Assembly (NCBI GenBank): GCA_963707025.1
Contig: CAVPOM010000009.1
Coordinates: 352,001 to 416,000, forward strand
Reading direction: 5' to 3'
DNA from: an uncultured Verrucomicrobiae bacterium
GTDB taxonomy: Bacteria; Verrucomicrobiota; Verrucomicrobiia; Limisphaerales; Palsa-1400
Length of the DNA: 64,000 nucleotides
The position numbers and the translations under genes were made by a program. Shown piece after piece: positions 29,216-39,389 of the stretch. Under the pieces are notes generated by a model, which was given only the letters and a program-made list of their open reading frames with translations, was not told the origin of the DNA and searched no databases. Each line of letters opens with the position of its first letter. The stretch's first letter is position 1.

Positions 29216-31557
29216 ATGATTGTTGGAACAGTGGATTCTCATCGGAAAAGAAGCCGGAGTCCAGGCGGACAGCCGCGCGCAGAATCTGACCTGCTTGCCC
29301 GGATCATGGAAATCAGTCCGGCGGGCCTTGCTGTCATCAATCGTGACGGCCGAATTACCTATGCCAATGCCCAAGCCGGGCGAATTTTGGGGCTGGCCAA
29401 GGCTCGGATCACCCAACTCCATTACAACGCCCCGGAGTGGCAGGTCACCGATTACGAGGGACAGCCCTTTCCGGAAGACGAACTGCCTTTCCGGCGGGTC
29501 CTGCAGACGGGGCGCGCGGTGCAAGACGTGCGGCACGCCATCGTGTTGCCGGATGGGCAAAGAAAGCTGCTTTCCATTAACGCCGCGCCCATCCTGGATG
29601 AGTCAGGCCAGGTGGACAAAGTGGTGGCTGCCATTGAAGACGTCACGGAACGTATCCAGGTGGAGAGGGCGCTGCGCAGCAGCGAAAATTACTATCGCCG
29701 ATTGCTCGAGTCGGTCAACGATGCCATTTTTTTGCATCCGATCACGCCCGATGGATTTTTGGGGCGTTTTACCGATTTCAACGGCGTCGCCTGCAAATGG
29801 CTGGGGTACTCGCGGGAGGAACTCCAGCAGAAATCGCCCATGGACATTGCCCCGGATTCCACCGCCGGGCAAATCGAGGCCCGGGAGAAAGAATTGTTGG
29901 CGCGAGACAGCATGATCTTTCAGACGACGCTGGAGACGAAAAGCCGGCCGGAGGATACCGGTCGAAATCAGCGCGCATCGTTTTGAGTGGGGTGGCCGGC
30001 AAATGATGCTCTCCATCGCTCGTGATCTGACGGAGCGCCGGGCCGCAGAGGCCGCCTTGCGCCAGAGCGAGGCACGGCTTAACACCTTCAACGAAGCGGC
30101 CTTTGATGGCATCGTCGTCACCGAGCACGGGACTTTGGTGGACCTCAACCCGCGCATGGCACAGCTCCTGGGCTATGACATTGCGGAGTTGGTCGGCCGG
30201 AAAGTGTCTGATGTTGTCGCACCCGAGGATTGGTCTCTTGTCCAACAATGCCAGGCTTCGGGCCTCGAACAGCCCTATGAGAACCGGCTGGTCCGCAAGG
30301 ACGGTTCAGTTATCACCGTCGAAACGCAGGCGCGGCATTGCATCTACCTGGGCCGCCGCATGCGCGTGACCGTGGTCCATGACGTCACCCTGCACAAGCA
30401 GATGGAAGCACAATTGCGCCAGGCACAGAAAATGGAGGCGATCGGCCAACTGGCCGGGGGAGTGGCGCACGATTTCAACAACATCCTGGCGGCGACGCTC
30501 CTGCACCTCGGCCTGTTGCGGCAGAATCCCGAATTAGGCCCGGGCACGAAGGAAACCATCAAGGAGGTCGAAAGGGAAACCCTGCGCGCGGCCAACCTGA
30601 CGCGCCAACTCCTCCTGTTCAGCCGGCGACAATTAGCCCAAGTCGAGCCGTTGGACATGGAAGTGTTGATCGCGGACCTGCTGAAAATGTTGCGCCGGCT
30701 GTTGGGCGAGAACATCGAAACGACGTTCCAGGATCACGCGGGCACCAACTGGGTCTGCGCCGACGCGGGCATGATGGAACAGTTGGTGATGAATCTATGC
30801 ATCAACGCTCGCGACGCGATGCCCGATGGCGGGCGATTGACGCTGGCGCTAACGAAGGTTGAGATCGAGCGTCAAGACGCAAGACCAAACCCAACTGCCC
30901 GGTGCGGACAATTTGTTTGTCTGTCGGGTAACCGACACTGGATGCGGCATGGATGAGACCATTCTCGGGAGGATATTTGAACCGTTTTTTACCACAAAAG
31001 AAGCGGGCAAAGGGACCGGACTGGGGCTGGCCACGGTTTACGGGATCGTCAAGCAGCACAAAGGCTGGATTGATGTGGAAAGCGTGGTGGGTCAGGGCAG
31101 CACCTTCCGGGTTTATCTTCCTGCGGGGACAAAGCCGTTGGACGCGGCGAGGAATCCCAAGCATGCTGTGGAAATCATATGCGGCTCCGAGACGATTTTG
31201 CTGGTGGAGGACGAACCCTTTGTGCGCCGAACGGTCGCATTGGGACTCCGCAAGCTGGGCTACGCAGTGCTGGAGGCTGGCACCGGGGTGGAAGCCTTGA
31301 AAGTGTGGGAACTGCACCATCAAAGAATCGCGCTATTATTCACGGACATGATCCTGCCGGAAAACATCACCGGGTTGGACCTGGCGAAGCGGCTCAAGAA
31401 TGAAAAAGCAACTTTGAAAGTTGTGATCTCCAGCGGCTACAGCGCCGATTTGGCCGAAACGCCTTCCATCGCGGAGAAGGAGTTCGTCTATCTGCCCAAA
31501 CCGTACAGCGCCATCGAATTGGCAAAGAGCGTGCGGCGGTGCCTGGACAATTGCTGA
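29216..31557 (+). CDS. PAS-PAS-PAS hybrid histidine kinase with receiver, split by two 1-bp frameshifts
   Basis: Three ORFs join if one A at 29939-29942 ([14 protein letters not shown]) and one G at 30926-30928 (FVCLS|VTDTG) are removed; GVAHDFNN H-box, [11 protein letters not shown]. Confidence 0.85.
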
Positions 31558-31598
31558 GGATCCCAGCGGAACATGATTTGCCAATTCAGTTGTTATTT

Positions 31599-32246
31599 AT
31601 GAAGACGAGATTATTGCTTGTAGAGGATCATCCCCTGTTGCGCCATGGGTTCCGCCAAGCCGTGGCCCAGCAACCGGATCTGACACTGGTGGGGGAGGCG
31701 GCGACCGGCGCGGAGGGTCTGAGGCTGGCGCGGGAGTTGACCCCGGATTTGGTGGTGATGGATATTCATTTGCCGGACATGAATGGCATCGAGGCGACGC
31801 GGCGGATGATGGGCGCCGGGCCCAGCATCAAGATTCTCATTTTTACGGGGGAAACATCCCGCCGATTTGTTGACCAAGCCCTCTTGGCCGGGGCCTGCGG
31901 GTACCTTTCCAAAGCCGGTGCTTTGGAAGAGTTGATTCATGCGATTACCTTGGTAATGGAAGGAAAACTCTATTTAAGCCCTGAGGTCAACGCCGGCATA
32001 CTGGAGGATTACCGCAAGAGCCTGGTTGAGGGACCCGAGCCGTCGAAGCCCTGCCTGTCGGAGCGCGAAAAGCAATTGCTGCGGCTCATCTCCGACGGCC
32101 GGCGGAATAAAGAAATGGCCGGTCAACTGGGCCTGAGCATCAAGTCCATCGAGACCTACCGCTCGCGCCTTTTAAAAAAGTTAGGTTGTTCCAGTTCGGC
32201 AGAGTTGGTGCGCTATGCCATTCGCGAGGGCATCGCGCCAGTCTGA
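31599..32246 (+). CDS. NarL/FixJ-family response regulator (REC + LuxR HTH)
   Basis: LVEDHPLLRHG, VMDIHLP, LSEREKQLLRLISDG..NKEMA..LGLSIKSIETYR. Confidence 0.95.
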   Translation: MKTRLLLVEDHPLLRHGFRQAVAQQPDLTLVGEAATGAEGLRLARELTPDLVVMDIHLPDMNGIEATRRMMGAGPSIKILIFTGETSRRFVDQALLAGACGYLSKAGALEELIHAITLVMEGKLYLSPEVNAGILEDYRKSLVEGPEPSKPCLSEREKQLLRLISDGRRNKEMAGQLGLSIKSIETYRSRLLKKLGCSSSAELVRYAIREGIAPV

Positions 32247-32423
32247 GCCAGGTGCTGGACAATGCGCGACCACTGCCAGAAAACTGGGCTTCTTGCCCGC
32301 GGCGGAGGTGGGAGGCGACGAGGACGGCTATGCCGCACTCAACTCCGCCGGAGCAAGCAGTGCCAAAGCCGGCAATCCCGCAGGGTCAAAGAATCATGCA
32401 GCCTCCCGGTAACTGAAATCCAG

Positions 32424-32894
32424 TCACCCTCCCAGGCGCTGATGGGTGCGGATCTCCCCGGACGATTCGCCAATTCGATCCGCCGCCGCGGCAAACAAGA
32501 TCACATGCCCCTTGCCTTGATGGTTTCTTTCGCCGTGAAAATGGTGGACGTAATTTGAAAGCACATGCCGGAACGAAGCCTCGCCGAACCAGATGATTTT
32601 CGATAAACACTCCTCCTTCACGGATCGATTCCAGCGCTCCAAATGTGCGTGCAAATTCGGACTGTGGGGTGGCAGCACGATGGGTTGGGCGTTGACAACG
32701 CTGATGTTCGAGATTAAGAATGTGGGCAGAGTGCTTTCGGAATGCCCGGCGGCCTCGTTGCGGGCATTCACCAGGCGTTGCGCTTCGTGGCGGTCCTTGG
32801 TTTCGAGGCTGCCCCGTCTGTTGGCCACAGCGTCAACCCAGTAGAACATTCCACCCCGGGCATTGACCTTGGTGAGGCGATATCGGTTTCTCAC
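32424..32894 (-). pseudogene. Truncated tyrosine-integrase N-terminus fused to an rve-type transposase C-terminal remnant
   Basis: MRNRYRL...GMFYWVD....RGSLETKDRHEAQRLVNARNEA (integrase arm-binding-type N-terminus), then PHSPNLHAHLERWNRSVKEECL...YVHHFHGERNHQG (rve core end). Confidence 0.7.
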
Positions 32895-32987
32895 AGCTCC
32901 AGTTTAAGTTGGAGCCGTTTTGCCGGTTAACGGAATGCGGGCAGACGGTGACCGGAATCTGAGCAGAAGCTGGCACGAAGCTCATTT

Positions 32988-33053
32988 TGGTATGCGTTTC
33001 GGTATGCGTTCCCCCTCCAAAAGCGCGTGAAGCCTTGATGTTCCAACATCAAG
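32988..33053. repeat. Arm-type-like direct repeats and palindrome beside the att site
   Basis: GGTATGCGTT x2 (12-bp period) and CTTGATGTT-CC-AACATCAAG immediately left of the tRNA fragment. Confidence 0.6.
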
Positions 33054-33057
33054 AGAT

Positions 33058-33081
33058 TGGAGCCAGTTGTCGGAATCGAAC
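33058..33081 (-). repeat. att-like tRNA(Thr-like) 3'-end fragment shared by two tandem islands
   Basis: Reverse complement GTTCGATTCCGACAACTGGCTCCA; no anticodon or D arms follow; implied G1-C72, C2-G71, U73 fit tRNA-Thr. Confidence 0.88.
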
Positions 33082-33172
33082 TCTGTTCCCAATTCAGCTA
33101 CGGGGAGAATATAGGTTTTCCCTCTGAGGATCAAGAAGAATTCGGCGTAACCCGCCACTATTTCTCAGTACT

Positions 33173-33207
33173 CTGTCAGTATTTTCACTGACAGTTTCAC
33201 TGACAGT
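33173..33207. repeat. Arm-type-like repeats of the second element
   Basis: TTCACTGACAGT x2 (33184-33207) plus inverted CTGTCAGT (33173-33180). Confidence 0.6.
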
Positions 33208-33232
33208 CCCGCCGGTTTCAAAGGGATGATGC

Positions 33233-33622
33233 CTACGACCAGAGACGGCGGATGGAATAAGCATCGAAGGCCGGGTCGGCGCTGACAATTGGAACGTCCT
33301 CGATCTGGCATTGGGCGGCCATCAGGCGGTCAAATGGATCTCGATGATGAAAGGGCATCGCCACAACCGCAGCCACATGCGGCAACTCAATGGCGAGAAC
33401 CTCGATCTGGTTCAATTGAAGCTGGCGGGGTATGAACTGGTCGAATGGTTGCGCCAGCGTGAGTTTGCCCAGGCTGACCTTGATCGCTATCTCCCACAAA
33501 CTGGCCATGCTGAGCAAGCGGCGGTTCCCGGCATCCTGAATCAACGATTGCGCGTGGCTGCTGAGGCGGGGATCATTGGCGATGAACCAAAGAAACGCGT
33601 GCGTGTCCAGCAGCAGGTTCAT
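33233..33622 (-). CDS. vapC: VapC PIN-domain toxin
   Basis: LLLDTHAFLW, SMASLWEIAIK, HHRDPFDRLMAAQ, IVSAD. Confidence 0.95.
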   Translation of the reverse strand: MNLLLDTHAFLWFIANDPRLSSHAQSLIQDAGNRRLLSMASLWEIAIKVSLGKLTLAQPFDQFIPRQLQLNQIEVLAIELPHVAAVVAMPFHHRDPFDRLMAAQCQIEDVPIVSADPAFDAYSIRRLWS

Positions 33623-33825
33623 TTCATGTAAGCCTCAAAATCCGCCAACGGCGCGTCGAAGTCTTCCGCCATGCTGACCAGCCCTTTGGCGCTGCCAGGC
33701 TCGATGCGAGACAGCGTCTTGCTGGACGGCTCTTTGGCCAGCAATTCCACAAGTTGCAACACCGCCGTCTGCGCCGAATCGGGCAGCGTCTTGGCCTTCG
33801 AGTAAATTAATTCCGCCGTGCTCAT
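33619..33825 (-). CDS. Antitoxin (DUF2281/VapB-like)
   Basis: 68 aa overlapping vapC by ATGA; PGSAKGLVSMAEDFDAPLADFEAYM tail. Confidence 0.88.
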   Translation of the reverse strand: MSTAELIYSKAKTLPDSAQTAVLQLVELLAKEPSSKTLSRIEPGSAKGLVSMAEDFDAPLADFEAYMK

Positions 33826-33989
33826 GGGGCTACTCTAAACGCTGGCTGGCTGACATGCAAGCTCCGGGACCGTGGCGTGTTGAGTGGAGCGGGCGCGCGT
33901 CGGCGGGTCACTATTCCGTCACAATTCGGCTTAACTCTCCTACTACAGCTTAACGCCTCGCTCCGGGTTTCATTCATGCTCGCGGGTGA

Positions 33990-35306
33990 GTGAAAAATAG
34001 TAGGACACAAAACAGCACGGTAGAACGAGCAGAACCGGACAGCGAGCACCACTGCTCGCCGGTTCTGCGGTCGAATGTGGTGCCAACTGGCCCGGCGGAA
34101 GGGCCGGGGGCGGAGCGGCCCTTCAGGGCCGCCCGCCCCGGCCTTCCCCTTCCTTGTCTATCCGTAACAACTGCAACGGATGAGAATGAAGCCCCTCTGC
34201 CTGGCCTTTTGAAAAAGCAGATGGAAGCCTGGACACAAAACATAAAATGGATGGCAGAGACGTTCGGAGCGGAGCGCCTCGCCTTCCAAACATTGACGGT
34301 GGGAGACTTGGACTGCGGCGGGCGGTATCGCAACCTGAGGGACAGAAAAGAGGCACAGAGACGGTTGCACTCGCTGATGGCGGGCGTCATTGCGAAGCGT
34401 TACCAGTGCGGCGGCACAATCACCGAGAGGCACAACAACGGCGGCATTCACTTCCACCTGGCGATGGTCTGCAAAACCGACATTCGAGGCCAGATTGATT
34501 TCGACGCCTGCTTTCCACCGAAAGACGGCCGGGGCAAGTATGTCCGCCCACCGGATTACTCGACGGCAAACCGGGCTTTGCGGGAGGAATGGGCCTTCTG
34601 GCGGCGAACTGCGAAACTCTACGGCTTCGGTCGCTGCCAGATGCAACCCGTCAAAAGCACCGGGGAAGCGGTGGGCCGATACCTGGCGGGCTACATGATG
34701 AAAGATCACGGCACCAGGTTGCCGGAGGATAAAGGCGCCCGGTGTGTGCGGATGTTCGGACACTGGCACAAAGCAGCCCGCAAGCCAGGACAGCGGGCGA
34801 TAAAGCCGCCGTTCAATTCACGGATGGGCTGGAACACGGTGCCGGCGCGGGTGTGGCGCGAGATCGTCAAGCAGATCGTGACCGTCCTCAATTTCAAGGG
34901 CGCAAAGATCACGGAGCAAAACATCAAGGAGGTGATTGGGCCGAAATGGGCCTGGCGCATTGCCAAGCTGTGTCCGTTCGTCTGGTTCGTGGACGATGAT
35001 TGGCAGAAGCCAGACTTATGGGATGGCGTGCTGATGCACAACCGGGAAGTGGCTGCGGCGCATGTGGCCGCGTTTGGCGAGACGGAGCGGGCGTGCTGGT
35101 GGCACGTTACCGAATTGACATTGGAACACCTGCGCGGCTGGACGCCCTTGCAAAAGCTGCTGTCCGAGGTGCAGTGGGATTTCTGGAAAGGAGGTGAGCA
35201 AAATGGAAGTATGGCGAATAACAAAAGGCGGCGTTCTCGACGAGTGCATGATCGAGTTTCGGCAACTGACGGATGGGAACGTCCGGTGGTTGTGGCCGAT
35301 GCGTAA
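33990..35306 (+). CDS. Rolling-circle replication initiator (HUH endonuclease Rep)
   Basis: Motif I FQTLT, motif II ERHNNGGIHFHL, GFGR, motif III RYLAGYMMK (two Tyr); true start may be downstream (e.g. 34221). Confidence 0.8.
   Translation: MKNSRTQNSTVERAEPDSEHHCSPVLRSNVVPTGPAEGPGAERPFRAARPGLPLPCLSVTTATDENEAPLPGLLKKQMEAWTQNIKWMAETFGAERLAFQTLTVGDLDCGGRYRNLRDRKEAQRRLHSLMAGVIAKRYQCGGTITERHNNGGIHFHLAMVCKTDIRGQIDFDACFPPKDGRGKYVRPPDYSTANRALREEWAFWRRTAKLYGFGRCQMQPVKSTGEAVGRYLAGYMMKDHGTRLPEDKGARCVRMFGHWHKAARKPGQRAIKPPFNSRMGWNTVPARVWREIVKQIVTVLNFKGAKITEQNIKEVIGPKWAWRIAKLCPFVWFVDDDWQKPDLWDGVLMHNREVAAAHVAAFGETERACWWHVTELTLEHLRGWTPLQKLLSEVQWDFWKGGEQNGSMANNKRRRSRRVHDRVSATDGWERPVVVADA
34097..34160 (+). 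other. Long GC hairpin followed by CTTG, candidate double-strand origin
   Basis: GGAAGGGCCGGGGGCGGAGCGGCCC-TTCA-GGGCCGCCCGCCCCGGCCTTCC then CCTTCCTTGTCTA. Confidence 0.5.
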
Positions 35307-35445
35307 GGGAATGGAGAAATGGCTGACGGTGCGGGGGTGGCAGATTCACAAGTTTCCTGATGTGCGTCGTTGGGACAGGCTGCAATCGAAGACGCCAGGT
35401 GATGGCAAGGAAATTCCGGTGCGTCAGGCTAGACGGAGCGGGTGA
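35203..35445 (+). CDS. Small hypothetical protein downstream of rep
   Basis: Strong SD AAAGGAGGT upstream of ATG; 80 aa; overlaps the rep 3' end. Confidence 0.5.
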   Translation: MEVWRITKGGVLDECMIEFRQLTDGNVRWLWPMRKGMEKWLTVRGWQIHKFPDVRRWDRLQSKTPGDGKEIPVRQARRSG

Positions 35446-36262
35446 TTGCTTTGGCATCGCGGAATTGGGCAAAGTAGAAAGCCAAAGAGGCGCTAGAGAA
35501 GATCACGGGGCACGCTGAATTTCTGTCCCTCTCCTCCATTACGGACACGCGCCTTTACTTCCCGGTTTCCTTCGGCGTTATTTGCTCCTTCAACCTGAGG
35601 ACTTCATCCATCGTAGCGGCACATTCCTTGCGATTGCTTTCATATTCCTCCGCATCCGCTGTTTCTTTGAACAGAATTTGTTTTGTGGCGGGAACATAAT
35701 CCCATTGGCCCCATGTTGACTCGAGAAACGTGACCGCCTTCAATAGAGCCTCAGCCCGACGTACGTCCGCTTGGCGTAAAACGATTATCTGCGGATTTTT
35801 CTCAGAAATCGATTTCAAAAAATCGTTTAGCAACCTTTCTCGTCCCTTCGGGGAGAGTTGCTGCTGCATCAACTCCTGCCGGTAAACCTCCGATGGATTT
35901 TCCGAAAACTCCCGAAACGCGTCGCACGCTGCAATGAACTCGCGGACTTTCTGTTCCCGGTCTTTCAATTCCTCCCTGTTTTTCACCGCAGCCATTTCCA
36001 GGAGTGGGGGATTGGTCAACTCTGCCGCAGAGGATTCATACCGACTTTGGAATTTTTTGACCTGCGAGGTAAAACCGACATTCACTGCCTTAAGCTTCGC
36101 TTCAAATTTCTGCTCATCAGACGCCTCTTGCTGTTTCTGCTTTGCCGTTAATTCTGAAACATATATACCGAAGCCGGTTAGACAGAGCGCTACGCACAAA
36201 AGCAGTCCGTCGAGCACCATGCCGATTAATACCCGTCCAAGAATGCCCTTGCGGCCTTCAAC

Positions 36263-37739
36263 TGAGGTGGACCCCATCCTTTAGACCACGGAGCGCGGAG
36301 AATAAGATAGACTCTGGAGGTCCGCTGTCATTTGTATTTTTGTTTGTCTGTTGTTCATTCCGCGCTTCCAAACCCTTTCGAAAAGAGAGAACGAGCCGCG
36401 CCTGGCACCGCCCGTCCTCCCTCTCCGTTTTCTTAGGGTTTCCAACCTTACCGCCGCAGGCGGTCTGATTTCAAGTTTTTCCGGCCTGCCGAGCCCTCCT
36501 TGGGCTGCATCGCTTCCCATCGGGCCGGTTGGGTTCCGTAGGCCCCGGGATCAGAATACACGGCCGCGGGCGTCGCATAGTGCAAAGCCGCGTGCGGACG
36601 CAACCGGTTGTAATCCTCAAACCAGCGCGCCAGCCCGCGCCCGGCCTCGATCCCGTCCAGGTAATCTTGCAGATATATGTCCTCATGCTTGACGCTCCGC
36701 CACAACCGCTCGATAAACCGGTTGTCCATCCACCGCCCCCGGCCATCCATGCTCACGTCCACCCCCGCCGATTCCACCGCGTTGATATACAGCGGCGAAG
36801 TGAACTGCGACCCCTGGTCGGTGTTGGCGATCAGCGGGGCCTTCCGCCCGCTCTGCAGCGCCGCTTCCCAGGCGTCCACGCAGAAGGCGCTCTCCAACGT
36901 GTTGCTCAAGCGCCACGCCAGCACATACCGGCTCCACCAATCCATCACCGCCACCAGATACATAAACCCCTGTGCCATCGGCACATAGGTGATGTCCGCG
37001 CACCAAGCCTGATCGGGCCCGGTGATCTCCAACTCGCCCAACAGATACGGATAGATCTGATGGCCCGGCCCCGGCAGGCTGGTCCGGGGTTTGCGGTAGA
37101 TGGCCTCGATGCCCATGACCCGCAACAGCCGCACCACCCGCTTGCGATTGACTTCCCAGCCCTCCCGGCCCAACAGCACCCGCAACTTGCGGCTGCCATA
37201 GACCGGATGGTCCAAGTGCAACTGGTCCAAACGCCGCATCAGCGCCAGATTCTCCGGCGTCTCGGGGCACGGTTGGTAATAGTAACTGCTCCGGCATAAA
37301 TCCAGCAGGTCGCACTGATGCCGCACGCTCACCTGCGCATCCGGGCCGACCAACTCCGCCAGGCTCTTTAAAGGCCCAGTTGTTTGGATTTTTTTTTCAG
37401 CCAGTCCAGGTCCACCGTCAACTGCCCGATCTTCTGGTGCAATTGCCCGATCAACTCCTCCTGGTCTGCGCTGCCCGCATGCCCCGCCTCAAACAGGTCG
37501 GGCAACCGGTCGCGAATCGTCGCTTTCCATTGCGTGACCTGGGTCGGATGCACCGCGTACTCTCGCGCCAGCTGCGCGACCGTCTTAAGCCCCACCAGGG
37601 CTTCGAATCCCACTTTGGCCTTGAAGGCCGCACTGTGCCGCTTCCGTTTTGTTTTCATCAGTCTGCTTTCTCTCATTTCCAGCAGACCAACAAAAGTCTA
37701 TCTTCTTCAGCAGTGGTCTAGTTTTTGGGGACCCCCTCA
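36263..37739 (-). mobile_element. IS3-family element, complete (1477 bp)
   Basis: TG..CA ends; IRL TGAGGGGGTCCCCAAAAACTAGACCAC / IRR TGAGGTGGACCCCATCCTTTAGACCAC; AAC target duplication; orfA/orfB. Confidence 0.95.
36448..37658 (-). CDS. IS3 transposase OrfAB (-1 frameshift)
   Basis: orfA 37368-37658 (HTH, DWLKKKS), A9 slippery run at 37389-37397, orfB in the -1 frame with WCADITY, NTDQGSQF, DN..IERLWRSVK.E DDE motifs. Confidence 0.93.
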
Positions 37740-38047
37740 AACTTTCATTCTTCGCAATGCCTTAATTCCTAAAACCAGCCCGCCTACAAAGAACAAAGAA
37801 GAAACTGCGTAGATGGCAATCAGGCTTGGTAAACCAACGTCCTCCCGATTCCCTACCAACGCTCCGAGCAAGATCATCAGAAAAAAACCGAGAAAAGGCG
37901 ACCACAACGTCAATTTGGCCGCCCGCCTTCCAACCGGATTTACGGTTCCGGCCTGTGGTGAGATGCCTGGGGTTGGTGAGGAATCCGAATTTGACGGCAC
38001 AGGTTCTTCCATGCCCCGAATGTCACACCATACGCCCTAAATGACAA

Positions 38048-38071
38048 CAACTAACTGGCAACTAACTGGCA
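38048..38071. repeat. 11-bp tandem direct repeat, arm-type-like
   Basis: CAACTAACTGG x2, with a partial inverted copy GCCAGTT at ~38084. Confidence 0.5.
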
Positions 38072-38128
38072 GACAAAAGCCCCGCCAGTTTGCCATATCC
38101 GCCGCTGACCGGGCGGAGGGGAAGCCGC

Positions 38129-38599
38129 CGGTGGATGGACAACCGGTTTATCGAGCGGTTGTGGCGGAGCGTCAAGCATGAGGACATATATCTGCAAGAT
38201 TACCTGGACGGGATCGAGGCCGGGCGCGGGCTGGCGCGCTGGTTTGAGGATTACAACCGGTTGCGTCCGCACGCGGCTTTGCACTATGCGACGCCCGCGG
38301 CCGTGTATTCTGATCCCGGGGCCTACGGAGCCCAACCGGCCCGATGGGAAGCGATGCAGCCCAAGGAGGGCTGGCTGGCCGGAAAAACTTGAAATCAGAC
38401 CGCCTGCGGCGGTAAGGTTGGAAACCCTAAGAAAACGGAGAGGGAGGACGGGCGGTGCCAGGCGCGGCTCGTTCTCTCTTTCGAAAGGGTTTGGAAGCGC
38501 GGAATGAACAACAGACAAACAAAAATACAAATGACAGCGGACCTCCAGAGTCTATCTTATTCTCCGCGCTCCGTGGTCTAAAGGATGGGGTCCACCTCA
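38129..38599 (+). mobile_element. Truncated IS3 copy (3' end with IRR), inverted relative to 36263-37739
   Basis: Nearly identical to the right end of the first copy from RWMDNRFIER onward; ends GGGGTCCACCTCA. Confidence 0.92.
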
Positions 38600-39239
38600 G
38601 GTAGTCCTGCATGTCCCCCACGGTGACGATGCCCGCCTGGCCCAGTGTCTGTTCGGTGACTTTGCCGACCCCGTAAATCACCCGCACTGGCAGCGGCCGC
38701 AAAAATGAAACCTTCTCATGTTCAGAAATGATCGTCAGACCGTCAGGCTTTTTGTGGTCGCTGGCGATTTTGGCCAGCAGTTTGTTGGAGGCAATGCCGA
38801 TGGTGGCGGTCAACTGGCGCTCAGACAGAATCCGCTGTTTCAAATGTTGTGCCAACCGCATTGCCTTGAGCAGCGACGCATCGCTGTCCTCCGCCTGACT
38901 GAGGGCGGACGCGTCGAGATACGCCTCGTCAATAGACATGGGCTCCACGACTGCTCCGGTTTGGGCGACAATCCGCATGATTTGCCGTGATTCCCCCCGG
39001 TAATGATCCATTCGCGGACGCACGAAAATGCCATTGGGACAAAGCCGCCCCGCTGTGGCGCTGGGCATGGCGGAGCGGACCCCAAACTTGCGCGCCTCAT
39101 AACTGGCGGCACACACCACCCCGCGTTGGGTCGGGGGCGCGCCGACGATCACCGGCCGGCCTCGCAGACCCGGGTCGTCGCGCTGTTCCACGGAGGCGAA
39201 AAACGCGTCCATGTCCAAATGGAGGATGACGCGAAACAC
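38600..39239 (-). pseudogene. dinB: DNA polymerase IV (DinB), C-terminally truncated at the IS end
   Basis: ILHLDMDAFFASVEQRD, ASYEARKFGVRSAMP, SIDEAYLD, KLLAKIASD.KKPDG, IYGVGK; cut at TVGDMQ, little-finger domain missing. Confidence 0.93.
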
Positions 39240-39389
39240 GAAGGGAGATTACCACGGACGATTGAAAGGCAGAAGTCTTCGCTTGGGATCAGTGTCCGGT
39301 GCCGACACCCGCCGCGGATCTCCTGAAATCCCTGGGCACCACAGAATCTTTGAGATTGCCTTCCTCCGATCAAAGGGGCAGATAGAGGC

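Larger units (their letters stand above)
15947..33081. mobile_element. tRNA-targeted genomic island (~17.1 kb) carrying a chemosensory cluster
   Basis: 21-bp tRNA-derived direct repeats at both ends; integrase remnant and arm-like repeats next to the right repeat; HsdM debris next to the left repeat. Confidence 0.8.
35555..38012 (-). pseudogene. Membrane protein (3 TM + helical soluble domain) interrupted by IS3
   Basis: ...LGIKALRRMKV (to 37740) joins in frame to EGRKGILGRVLIG... (from 36259) once the IS and one AAC copy are removed; ~325 aa reconstructed. Confidence 0.85.

Noticed and set aside
29939..30928. Programmed frameshifting in the PAS kinase
   Set aside because: Runs are only 3-4 nt with no slippery heptamer or stimulatory structure, and similar indels occur across the window; sequencing error or decay is simpler.
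33058..33130. Intact tRNA gene
   Set aside because: Only the T-arm part and 3' acceptor strand are present; the following sequence cannot form anticodon or D arms. The same applies at 15947.
33990..35445. Complete filamentous prophage
   Set aside because: No Zot/pI ATPase, coat or ssDNA-binding gene cluster is visible.
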